64,000 bases of DNA, from contig JAFVFY010000079.1 of the NCBI GenBank assembly GCA_017475265.1, forward strand, positions 14,119-78,118. The letters run 5' to 3'. This stretch comes from Prevotella sp. (GTDB taxonomy: Bacteria; Bacteroidota; Bacteroidia; Bacteroidales; Bacteroidaceae). Made by a program: the position numbers and the translations under genes. This document shows, one piece after another, positions 17,118-26,474 of the stretch (the stretch's first letter is position 1; each line of letters starts with the position of its first letter). The notes under the pieces were generated by a model. The model saw nothing but the letters and a program-made list of their open reading frames with translations. It was not told the DNA's origin and made no database searches.

Positions 17118-19490
17118 ATGAAAAGACTACTTCTACTATCGGCATTGGTGGCCAGCACGGTCGCCCAAGCCGAAACCATCGACACGCTGAGACTCTACAG
17201 CCTGCAGGGCGTGCAGGTGGTATCGACGCGTGCGTCGAGAAACACTCCCGTGGCCTACACCAACGTGGACGCGGCACAGTTGAAAACCCTTAACCACGGC
17301 CAGGACGTGCCCTATCTGCTGTCGCTCACGCCCTCGGTGACGATGACCAGCGACGCCGGCAACGGCATCGGCTACACATCGCTTCGGGTACGCGGTACTG
17401 ACCCTTCGCGCATTAACATCACCGCCAACGGCATTCCGATGAACGATGCAGAGAGTTCTACCGTGTTCTGGGTGAACATGGGCGACTTTGCCTCCAGCGT
17501 GCAGTCCATGCAAATACAGCGCGGTGTGGGTACGTCGACCAACGGTGCAGGTGCCTTCGGTGCCACGCTCAACATGCAGACAGAGAACATCGGCCTGAAG
17601 CCTTTTGTGGGTGTTGACCTCAGTGGCGGCTCCTACTATAGCCATAAGGAGACCGTGCGCTTCGGCACAGGACTGGGCGACGGAGGCCACTGGGGACTGC
17701 AGGGCCGACTGTCGAACATTGGGTCGAAGGGCTATCTCGACCGTGCCTCGACGAAGCTCAACAGCTATCTGCTGCAGGGTGGTTACTTCGGCGACAATAC
17801 CGTGGTGAAGTTCATCACCTGGAATGGCGAGGAGGAGACCTACCATGCCTGGAACTACACGTCGAAGTACGAGCAGAGCCTCTATGGCCGCACCTACAAC
17901 TCCTGCGGACTGATGACCACCGACGAGCAGGGCAATCCCACATCCTATTATAAGGACCAGACCGACAACTACCACCAGCAGAACTACCAGCTGCTCTGGA
18001 ACCAGCGGCTGGGGCGGCTGCTTAGTACCAACGTAGGCCTGCACTACACCAAGGGCCAGGGCTACTACCAGCAGTTCCAGAGCAAGGCCACACAGGAGTT
18101 CTACGGCTCGTCGTGGAAGAGCTTCGGCATGAGCACCACAGACGACGTGCAGGAGGACCTCGTGGACCAGCAGAAGATGGACAACGACTTCTTCGGCATG
18201 GTGGCGTCGGCCAACTACGACAACCGGCGCAACCTGCAGGCCACCCTCGGTGGCGGATGGAACCGATACAACGGAAGCCAGTTCGGACATATCGTGTGGA
18301 CAAAGCCCGGTGTCGTGACCACTGTGCCTACGCCGGCATCGCTCTCGCCAGATTTCGAGTATTACCGCAACAACTCCCGCAAAACCGACTTCAACGTTTA
18401 CGGCAAGACCACCTACCTGCTGACGCAAGGCCTCAGCGCCTTCCTGGACTTGCAGTACCGCCACGTGCGTTACAAGCTGCAAGACCCCACGGTGATGTAC
18501 GGCGTGAACACCGACGGACGCTGGGTGGTGGACAACAGCTATGACTTCTTCAACCCGAAGGCGGGCGTATCCTACGACATCACCCCACAGCACAAGGCAT
18601 ACGCCTCTTACGGCATCGGCCACAAGGAGCCCGTGCGAAACAACTTCATGCAGCAGGTGGCCAACCCCGACAGAGCCGACGCCGTAGCAAGGTCGGAGCG
18701 GCTGGGCGACCTCGAGGCGGGCTATAAGTTCCAGAGTCCGCGCTTCACGGCGGGAGCCAATGTCTACTGGATGGACTACAAGGACCAGCTGGTGCTCACC
18801 GGCGAGCTGAACGCCATCGGCGAGGCCCTGACGAAAAACCTCGACAAGAGCTACCGTCTGGGTGTGGAGGTGGAAGCTGCCTGGCAAATTCTCTCCTCCC
18901 CTAAGGAGGCGTCGGGGGTGGGTCTTCGCTGGGATGTCAACGCTACTTTCTCGAAAAACCGTGTGAAGGACATGGTGGTCACGCTCAATGATGGTAGCAA
19001 CATCAACATCGGCGACCAGCCACTGGCTTTCTCGCCCGACATCATCGTCAACAATATCCTGACCTTCACTTACGAAGGGCTGCGCGCTGCCGTGCAGAGC
19101 CAGTACGTGGGCGACCAGTACCTCACCAACACCGGATTCAAGGAGATGGAGTGCTTGGACGAGAATGGCAACGCCACCAGCGAGACGCTCCTGCTGAAGC
19201 GACACTTCAACACCAACGTTGACCTCAGCTACACCTTCAACGTTCATCGTTCAATGCTCAATGGTCAATGGTCAATGTTCAATGTTCAATCAATAACCGC
19301 TGGTGTCACGCTCTACAACATCTTCTCGGCCAAGTACGACAATAACGGTTGGGCTGCCCCACAGCTCATCCGCGCCGCCGACGGAAGCGTCAAGGCCGTC
19401 AACGAGTGGGGCATACGCGATTATGGCGCCGCCGGATTTGCTCCTTCTGCACCTTTTAACTTGATGGCACACCTGTCAGTGAACTTTTAA
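17118..19490 (+). CDS. TonB-dependent receptor, probably thiamine
   Basis: Signal peptide; plug motif LRVRGTDPSRINITANGIPMND; C-terminal ...LSVNF; under a TPP riboswitch. Confidence 0.9.
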   Translation: MKRLLLLSALVASTVAQAETIDTLRLYSLQGVQVVSTRASRNTPVAYTNVDAAQLKTLNHGQDVPYLLSLTPSVTMTSDAGNGIGYTSLRVRGTDPSRINITANGIPMNDAESSTVFWVNMGDFASSVQSMQIQRGVGTSTNGAGAFGATLNMQTENIGLKPFVGVDLSGGSYYSHKETVRFGTGLGDGGHWGLQGRLSNIGSKGYLDRASTKLNSYLLQGGYFGDNTVVKFITWNGEEETYHAWNYTSKYEQSLYGRTYNSCGLMTTDEQGNPTSYYKDQTDNYHQQNYQLLWNQRLGRLLSTNVGLHYTKGQGYYQQFQSKATQEFYGSSWKSFGMSTTDDVQEDLVDQQKMDNDFFGMVASANYDNRRNLQATLGGGWNRYNGSQFGHIVWTKPGVVTTVPTPASLSPDFEYYRNNSRKTDFNVYGKTTYLLTQGLSAFLDLQYRHVRYKLQDPTVMYGVNTDGRWVVDNSYDFFNPKAGVSYDITPQHKAYASYGIGHKEPVRNNFMQQVANPDRADAVARSERLGDLEAGYKFQSPRFTAGANVYWMDYKDQLVLTGELNAIGEALTKNLDKSYRLGVEVEAAWQILSSPKEASGVGLRWDVNATFSKNRVKDMVVTLNDGSNINIGDQPLAFSPDIIVNNILTFTYEGLRAAVQSQYVGDQYLTNTGFKEMECLDENGNATSETLLLKRHFNTNVDLSYTFNVHRSMLNGQWSMFNVQSITAGVTLYNIFSAKYDNNGWAAPQLIRAADGSVKAVNEWGIRDYGAAGFAPSAPFNLMAHLSVNF
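19236..19290. repeat. NTCAATG heptamer tandem repeat (about 8 units), in frame in the TonB receptor
   Basis: ttcaacg ttcatcg ttcaatg ctcaatg gtcaatg gtcaatg ttcaatg ttcaat encodes FNVHRSMLNGQWSMFNVQ. Confidence 0.9.
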
Positions 19491-20068
19491 TGGACTACCT
19501 TGACATTATCACAACAATACTCGGCCTGATTTACATCTGGTTAGAATATCGTGCACACATCGCTCTGTGGGTGGTGGGCATCATCATGCCCGCACTCGAC
19601 ATCGTGCTCTACTGGCAGCACGGGCTCTATGGCGACGCAGGCATGGCGTGCTACTATGTCCTGGCCGCCCTCTACGGTCTGTTCGTGTGGAAATTCAAGA
19701 AGACAAGGAAGAAGAAGGAGCCGTTGCCCATCATCCGCATGCCGCGCAGCAAGTACCTGCCCGTCGTGGTGACCTTCCTGGCGGCATGGGGCATCATCTA
19801 TTATATATTAGTGACCTGGACCAACAGCACCGTGCCCGTTCTCGACTCATTCACCAACGCCATGTCGTTTGTCGGTCTCTGGGCACTGGCACGTAAGTAT
19901 CTGGAGCAGTGGCTCTTCTGGATTGTGGTCGACATCGTTTGCGCCGTCCTCTACGTACACAAGGACATCCCCTTCAAGGCCGGACTCTACGCCCTCTACG
20001 TCATCATCGCCATTGCCGGTTATTTCAAATGGAAGCAAATGACAAAAGAAGTTCACTCTGAACCATGA
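19490..20068 (+). CDS. pnuC: PnuC-family transporter (thiamine-specific PnuT type)
   Basis: Multi-TM; LDSFTNAMS, LARKYLEQWLFWIVVD. Confidence 0.9.
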   Translation: MDYLDIITTILGLIYIWLEYRAHIALWVVGIIMPALDIVLYWQHGLYGDAGMACYYVLAALYGLFVWKFKKTRKKKEPLPIIRMPRSKYLPVVVTFLAAWGIIYYILVTWTNSTVPVLDSFTNAMSFVGLWALARKYLEQWLFWIVVDIVCAVLYVHKDIPFKAGLYALYVIIAIAGYFKWKQMTKEVHSEP

Positions 20069-20724
20069 ACTATTTTGATATTGTAATTGTTGCCAACGGC
20101 ACGTTTCCCACGCACCCCGTGCCCCTTGCTGTGCTACAAGGAGCCAGGCACATCGTGGCTTGTGACGGGGCCATTGCCCAGCTTGCTGCTCACGTTCAAG
20201 GTGATTTGCAATCCCCGACACTTCACCTCACGATAGTTGGCGACGGCGACAGCGTTCCCGCCGAGTATCGCCATCTGCTGATAAAGGTGGAGGAGCAAGA
20301 GGACAACGACCTGACGAAAGCCACCCGATATTGCCTTGGCAACTACCCCAAAACCAACACCCAACACCCAGCACTCCGTATCGCCTACCTCGGCTGCACC
20401 GGCGCACGGGAGGATCACACGCTGGGCAACATCTCACTGCTCATGCGCTACTACCGCGAGATGGGCGTAGAGGGGTGTATGTTCACCGATAATGGTTTCT
20501 TCACTCCAGCCCGGGGCAACCGCACTTTCAACAGCTTCCCCGGCCAGCAGGTGAGCATCTTCAACTTTGGCTGCACGCAGCTCACCTCCGAAGGGCTCAA
20601 GTGGGACAGCTATGCCTACCGCGAATGGTGGCAGGGCACACTAAACGAAGCTGTCGGCAACAGCTTAACGCTGTATGCCGACAGCTACTATCTGGTATTC
20701 CAGACTTACGAAAAAATCCGTTAA
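20065..20724 (+). CDS. thiN: Thiamine pyrophosphokinase
   Basis: VACDGA, IVGDGDS, EQEDNDLTKA, GAREDHTLGN. Confidence 0.92.
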   Translation: MNYFDIVIVANGTFPTHPVPLAVLQGARHIVACDGAIAQLAAHVQGDLQSPTLHLTIVGDGDSVPAEYRHLLIKVEEQEDNDLTKATRYCLGNYPKTNTQHPALRIAYLGCTGAREDHTLGNISLLMRYYREMGVEGCMFTDNGFFTPARGNRTFNSFPGQQVSIFNFGCTQLTSEGLKWDSYAYREWWQGTLNEAVGNSLTLYADSYYLVFQTYEKIR

Positions 20725-21021
20725 ATCTGTGTAATTCGTTTTAATCCGTTGTTTCCCTACGAAAACGAGTGACATTATATCGCCTTCGAAGGTCACGAGA
20801 TTATACGAAGAGATGTTCATGGTCACATTCGTGAACGTCAGCCTCCTGGAGCCCGGCTCCCAGTCAATTGTGCCACTCGTCTTTCCGTCAACACTTATGT
20901 TAGTGAGTTTGGAGTACGCGTCAAGCTCCTTGTTGCCTATAAGCAACTTATTGCCGGCCATCATCTGTGGCCCCATGATTGCTCCTATCATGAGGGCAAA
21001 AAATAGAAATAGTTTTTTCAT
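20665..21021 (-). pseudogene. Short secreted-protein N-terminus, probably truncated
   Basis: Good signal peptide (MKKLFLFFALMIGAIMG) and about 70 aa of beta-rich domain; the frame then reads through a repeat and antisense into thiN. Confidence 0.4.
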
Positions 21022-21322
21022 TAGTACTTAATTTTATGTTAATAAATAAGATTTTGTTATTGTCAGGTTTTATATACGCAAAACAGCATGTCACGGCCCC
21101 TATAAAGGAACTTTCTATGGCTCGTGGCGGTGTTCGTTTTCGAAAATTTGGTGCAAAGACACGGAAAAAAAAGTTAACCTCCAAATGTTTCGTCAATTTT
21201 TTTTAACAAATAGAGCAAGATGCCTATAACAGGTCGGATTCTATCTTTCCTCAAAATTTTCTTTGATTTTTATCAAAGTTGCACCTTTCACTATAACCGT
21301 CTGAACTACTGTTTGTTAACAT

Positions 21323-21582
21323 AGGTGCACCTTTTTCTGAAAGTTCCACCAAGTTCCACCCAAGTAAAACAAGTTGTTTTTACCTGAGAAAAAGCCGTTC
21401 TTTGTGAGGGTTTGGACGGACTTATCTAAGGTAAAACAACTTGTTTTACTATTTCAGTATCCTTTCTGTCAATCAAAGAGCTCGTCACTTTTTACTGCTC
21501 ATAACCGGACTTTTACATTCTTAGACTCGTTTTACCCCCCAAAAGGTGCATGTTGGTGGAACTTTCAAAACAGCATGCACCT
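21323..21582. repeat. Nested inverted repeats in AT-rich intergenic DNA
   Basis: Outer arms AGGTGCAC..TGAAAGTTCCACCAA (21323-21352) / TTGGTGGAACTTTCA..TGCACCT (21553-21582); inner arms 21363-21385 / 21429-21450. Confidence 0.8.
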
Positions 21583-21699
21583 CTAGAAACGCCTATAAAT
21601 AAAGGCGTTTTCAAAGAAAGTGGAACTTTTCGCTATTTTTATAAAATATTTTTGGCCATTCCACTTATTATGTGTATTTTTGCAGAAAAAATTAACGAT

Positions 21700-22332
21700 A
21701 TGCTCTGCAAATTACAAATACTACGCGCTGCCTTTTTCCTCCCATCAAGGGGAGGGGCAGGGTTGGGGCTCCCATACGTTGCGCTATTGCTGATGATGAT
21801 GTCGTGTACTCCCTTTGGCCGCAGGGGGCAGACGGTAGACACAGACTCGTTGAGCATGGCCGCCCACGACGGCGATGCCCGTGCACAGCTGCTCATGGGA
21901 CTACGCTGCGACCGCGACAGCCTCTTCGCCGAGGCTGCCATGTGGTATGAGCTGGCCGCCCGTCAGGGACTGGCCGAGGCACAGAACAACCTGGGCGTGA
22001 TGCTGAAGGACGGGCTGGGCGTGGAGCGCGACGAGGCTAAGGCTGCGGAGTGGTTCCGACGTGCGGCGCAGCAGGGCAATGTGCTGGCGGAGTCGAACTT
22101 GGGATGGATGTTTCACGGTGGAAGGGGTGTGGAGCAGAACTACGACTCGGCACACTACTGGTATCGCAAGGCCGCCATGCAGGGGCATGCCGCCGCGCAG
22201 AACAACCTCGGACTGCTCTTCCGCGACGGCCTGGGACTGCCGCAGGACAGTGACTCCGCCCGCTACTGGTTCTCAATGGCAGCAGAACAGGGACTGCACC
22301 AAGCTCGCCACAACCTTGAAACAATGAATTAA
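21700..22332 (+). CDS. Sel1-like repeat lipoprotein
   Basis: Lipobox-like LLMMMSC; repeats AQNNLGVML...GV...AAEWFRRAAQQG. Confidence 0.88.
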   Translation: MLCKLQILRAAFFLPSRGGAGLGLPYVALLLMMMSCTPFGRRGQTVDTDSLSMAAHDGDARAQLLMGLRCDRDSLFAEAAMWYELAARQGLAEAQNNLGVMLKDGLGVERDEAKAAEWFRRAAQQGNVLAESNLGWMFHGGRGVEQNYDSAHYWYRKAAMQGHAAAQNNLGLLFRDGLGLPQDSDSARYWFSMAAEQGLHQARHNLETMN

Positions 22333-22522
22333 AAATTTGTGGAGAAAAGTTTTTAAAAACACTATACATTCCTACATTTTTGATGTAATAGTCTAAGTAT
22401 AAATGGTTTAGGCAATGTATAGAGCCTACATAATTGATGAGCTCTATACATTCATTGAAAACAAGACGTAGGACTGTAACCGCAATAACGTATCTAAGTA
22501 TAGGATAATCAGTTTGTTTCCC

Positions 22523-22588
22523 TTTGTTTCTCCCGTGGAAACAATTTGTTTCCACGGGAGAAACAAACAGTTTCCACGGAGGAAACTG
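22523..22588. repeat. 22-bp perfect palindrome plus adjacent 8-bp hairpin
   Basis: TTTGTTTCTCCCGTGGAAACAA-T-TTGTTTCCACGGGAGAAACAAA, then CAGTTTCC-ACGGA-GGAAACTG. Confidence 0.9.
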
Positions 22589-22811
22589 AAAGACACTTAG
22601 TCTTCTGTCTATGTATAGAGGTACCATTCTATGTATAGTCTATACATAAACTAACATTCTGTATATATGTGAGTTAAGATGAAAAATGCAGGAATGTATA
22701 GAGAAATCAAATAAAATCTGTGATAAAAATTGCGAGCCCACTTTAGATAGTGGACTCATTTCTGTTCCTTCCAAATATTTCAGCATTTTTCTTCACTTTC
22801 TCGCGAAATTA

Positions 22812-22843
22812 TTTGGTCGTGTCGTGGAAAGTGCTTAATTTTG
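22812..22843 (+). promoter_or_regulatory. Bacteroidota sigma-A promoter (-33 TTTG, -7 TAATTTTG)
   Basis: TTTG at 22812-22815, TAATTTTG at 22836-22843. Confidence 0.7.
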
Positions 22844-22844
22844 C

Positions 22845-23122
22845 ATCGCCATACTGAGAACCGCGACGAGCCGCAGTTCTGTGATGGGTGGCATAAATCG
22901 AGGAAAGCTGAAAAGCTTAGTTCCGCTTGTGAACCTGGAAAGTCACTGTACTAAGGAATAAGTTTGAAGGCTGTTCTTCCTGTTGTGTATATATACGCTG
23001 CCAAAAACATGCCAGCTCACATATATGCCTGCAGGTGTGAGCTGTCATTTCATTCTTATTAGTACAGGTATTCCAGGACCAACAAGCTGAGAATGTAAAG
23101 TTCGAGGCTCACACTCTTTTTA
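22845..23122 (+). ncRNA. Candidate long structured 5' leader of the LRR gene
   Basis: 22925-22962 pairs with 23055-23087, enclosing hairpin 23009-23021/23036-23048; ends in a T-run at about 23117-23122. Confidence 0.5.
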
Positions 23123-23147
23123 TATGAAAACCAAATTATAAAATGAT

Positions 23148-26100
23148 ATGAAACAAACGAGAATCATTCTTCTACTCATTTCCGTAATGAGTTTGGCAAC
23201 GACAAGTGCAAATGCATACGATGCACTGATTAATGGAATTTATTACAATCTATACGGAGGTTACAATACAGCTGAGGTTGTGATGGGTAATCCCTATGAG
23301 GACAGACCGTATGAGCAAGTTGAGGAAAATTACTATCACGGCGATATTGTCATCCCTGAAAAAGTAAAGTATAATGGCATTACTTACACAGTAACTACTA
23401 TAGGAAAGTGGGCTTTCTTCAACTCAAAGCTGAACTCCGTAACGATACCACACTCAATAAAGAAAATAGAAAGCAATGCTTTTGAGTGGTGCAACAGTCT
23501 GTCGGCAGTATATATCTCAGATTTGGAGGCTTGGTGCAACATAGAGTTTGCCAAGGATATTGACTCGGAATATCATATCTCGGAATTTGAAGGAAACAAA
23601 TCCAACCCACTTACAATTGCAGGAAATCTGTATTTAGGAGGTATTCGTATTACAGATTTAATAATACCAGCCTCAGTTAAGGAGATTGGCTTTTCTCAGT
23701 TTAGCGGTATCAATGTCAACTCTGTGGTCATTCCAAGCAGCATAACTTCAATAGGAGACTACGCTTTCTTCAAAGGTAATGTGGGAAAGGTCGAGGTGCC
23801 TGAATCGATAAAGAGATTGGGAGACTTTTCTTTCGCATGGTGTACGCTGTCTTCCATCAATTTGCCAGAAAGCATTGCCATCTATGGCATTGCCACATTC
23901 AGTAATGCCAGTCTTACATCTATATCACTGCCCAAGAACATGAAATCCATTCCTAACAGAACGTTTGAGGGCAGTATGTTGCAATCTATCGACATTCCTG
24001 AAGGTATGAAGCAAATCGGAGAAATGTCGTTTGCCAGTTGTCAATATTTGAAAAAAGTCAACATTCCCACGACTGTTGATTCCATTGGCTATTACGCATT
24101 CGCAGGATGTAGTGCCCAAATCCATGTCAAAGATTTGGCAGCATGGTATGAGATTGGTTTTTGGGATTCTTTTTATGAAGCGACTTATTCGTTGTGGGTC
24201 AATGGAGAGGAAACGGTAAACTTGGTTATCCCTTCCGAAATCAAACATATAAAAAACGGAACCTTCCAAGGCTGTGCGAGCATCCGTAGCGTCAAGATAC
24301 ATGATGATGTGAAATCTATTGGTAGCAGTTCTTTTTATGGCTGCAAAAATCTTCAAACCGTTTCTATCGGAAATGGAGTACCTGCTATCGGAAGTTCTGC
24401 TTTCAGTGACTGTGTGAGTCTTAGCAATGTAGAAATAGGAGAAAATGTTGCCACTATAGGTGTAAGTGCATTTCAGAGATGTGTAGAATTGCCGTCCATA
24501 ACCATACCAGAAAGTGTTACTCGTATAGAGTCGTATGCTTTCGAAGGCTGTACGAAGTTGACTACCGTTAATTTGCCGAATAGCATACAATTCGTTGGTA
24601 CAGGAGCATTTTATGATACTGCATGGTACTTGAATCAAGATAATGGCTTGATGTACTTAGGCAATGTGGCATATAAATACAAGGGTGTGATGCCTGATAG
24701 TACAACCATCAACATAAAGGATGGCACTGTCGCTATTGCGGAGGGAGCTTTCAAAGGTTACCGTAATCTGGTTTCTGTGAATATGCCCAACAGTCTTGAA
24801 TCCATAGGACTAAATGCGTTCGAAGGCTGTAGTGGTCTGACTTCAGTTTCAATTCCTGGCAAAGTGGCGACAATAGGTGCAAATGCATTCCAGTATTGTG
24901 AGAGTTTGAGCAATGTGAATCTGGAGCATGGCGTGACAGAAATAGGAATATATGCATTTAACAATTGTAGCAGCTTAACTTCTATTATTATTCCTGGAAG
25001 TGTGACGAAAATAGGCAATAACGCTTTCAATGGATGTGGGCTAACGGAAGTGAAAATATCTGAAGGGGTTTCTTCGATTGGTAGTAGGGCATTCGCCTAC
25101 TGTAACAATCTGTCTTTGGCAGAGTTTCCTAACAGCATCATATATGTTGGCATGGATGCATTTTACAAGACAGCCTGGCTTGACAGTCAACCAGACGGAC
25201 TAATCTACATTGGGAGGGTAGCTTATAAATACAAGGGTGAAATGCCTGACAATACAAATATAGAAATCAAAAAAGGAACAAAGGCCATATCAGGTGCAGC
25301 ATTCAATGGTTGTATAGGTATGACTTCTATACATATTCCAAGTAGCATCACTTCGATTGGCTCTTCATATAGTGACTGCAAGAAATTGTCAGCAGTATAT
25401 ATAACAGATTTAAAGGCTTGGTGCAACATTGAGTTTGAAGGCAATCCTTTGCAAGCTGCTCATCACTTATACCTCAATGGAGAAGAAATAAAGAATCTGG
25501 TTATACCAGAGGGAATTTCGTCAATAGGGAAAAACTCCTTTGCAGGTGGCAGTGGCTTCACGTCAGTTGCCATGCCCAGTGGCATCACATCTATTGGTGA
25601 ACGTGCCTTTTTCAACTGTTCTGGCTTAGCAAACATACAATTCTCGGAAAATCTTACAAACATAGAGCCGTATGCATTCTGTGGATGCAGCAGCTTAGAA
25701 TCTTTGTCTTTACCTAATGGGCTCCAATCAATTTCGTTTGAAGCTTTTAAAAATTGTTCTGGGCTTAAGACTATTAGTATTCCTAAGACCGTAACAGAAA
25801 TTTCGAGTTGGGCCTTTTCCCGTTGTGGAAATCTGGAAAATGTCATATCGCTTATTGAGTCTCCCTTCGAGATTTATGAGACTGTGTTTTCTGTTGAAAG
25901 CGAGCCATCATTAGTGTTTACTACAGCAAAGCTATATGTTCCCAAGGGCACAAAGGAGAAATATGAAACAACAAAAGGATGGAACAAATTTGAGCATATC
26001 ATAGAAATAATTCCTACAGGTGATAAATGCGCAACTCCCACCATCGCCTACGAACAGGGCGAGCTGGTGTTCAGCTGCGAGACTGAGGGCGCACAGTTCG

Positions 26101-26387
26101 TGAGCGAGATAAAGGTGGCCGACGCCAAGAAGGGCAATGAAGCCCGAGTAACGCTTGTCCCGAACTACGAAATCACCGTCTATGCCACCGCCGACGGCTA
26201 TGCGGACAGCGACGTGGCCACTGCCACCATCGGATGGCGCAACGGCACACCCGTCATGGAGGGTTTCAGTAACATAGACCTCGGAAAGGCTAATAATTCT
26301 TGCGACGTTAACGGTGACGGCTCCATCGATGTGGCCGACATCGCCACCATCATCAGCGAGATGGCGGCGCGAGCAAGGAAACAATGA
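23148..26387 (+). CDS. BspA-like leucine-rich repeat (LRR_5) surface protein with a C-terminal single dockerin repeat
   Basis: Signal peptide; many xxIPxSVTxIGxxAFxxCxxL repeats; ends CDVNGDGSIDVADIATIISEMAARARKQ. Confidence 0.9.
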   Translation: MKQTRIILLLISVMSLATTSANAYDALINGIYYNLYGGYNTAEVVMGNPYEDRPYEQVEENYYHGDIVIPEKVKYNGITYTVTTIGKWAFFNSKLNSVTIPHSIKKIESNAFEWCNSLSAVYISDLEAWCNIEFAKDIDSEYHISEFEGNKSNPLTIAGNLYLGGIRITDLIIPASVKEIGFSQFSGINVNSVVIPSSITSIGDYAFFKGNVGKVEVPESIKRLGDFSFAWCTLSSINLPESIAIYGIATFSNASLTSISLPKNMKSIPNRTFEGSMLQSIDIPEGMKQIGEMSFASCQYLKKVNIPTTVDSIGYYAFAGCSAQIHVKDLAAWYEIGFWDSFYEATYSLWVNGEETVNLVIPSEIKHIKNGTFQGCASIRSVKIHDDVKSIGSSSFYGCKNLQTVSIGNGVPAIGSSAFSDCVSLSNVEIGENVATIGVSAFQRCVELPSITIPESVTRIESYAFEGCTKLTTVNLPNSIQFVGTGAFYDTAWYLNQDNGLMYLGNVAYKYKGVMPDSTTINIKDGTVAIAEGAFKGYRNLVSVNMPNSLESIGLNAFEGCSGLTSVSIPGKVATIGANAFQYCESLSNVNLEHGVTEIGIYAFNNCSSLTSIIIPGSVTKIGNNAFNGCGLTEVKISEGVSSIGSRAFAYCNNLSLAEFPNSIIYVGMDAFYKTAWLDSQPDGLIYIGRVAYKYKGEMPDNTNIEIKKGTKAISGAAFNGCIGMTSIHIPSSITSIGSSYSDCKKLSAVYITDLKAWCNIEFEGNPLQAAHHLYLNGEEIKNLVIPEGISSIGKNSFAGGSGFTSVAMPSGITSIGERAFFNCSGLANIQFSENLTNIEPYAFCGCSSLESLSLPNGLQSISFEAFKNCSGLKTISIPKTVTEISSWAFSRCGNLENVISLIESPFEIYETVFSVESEPSLVFTTAKLYVPKGTKEKYETTKGWNKFEHIIEIIPTGDKCATPTIAYEQGELVFSCETEGAQFVSEIKVADAKKGNEARVTLVPNYEITVYATADGYADSDVATATIGWRNGTPVMEGFSNIDLGKANNSCDVNGDGSIDVADIATIISEMAARARKQ

Positions 26388-26474
26388 CCGAGCCAAAGCA
26401 AGAGACCTGATCATTCCTTTCTTGGCAGTTTTGCAGCAAGCAGGACAGGCAAGGGGCCAGACGAATAGGCAGAG

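Noticed and set aside
17136-19247. 703-aa minus-strand ORF, and similar long antisense ORFs at 32766..33869, 36793..37881, 43551..44720 and 51361..52215
   Set aside because: These are shadows of GC3-rich sense genes with clear motifs; the translations are V/G/L-rich with no recognisable domain.
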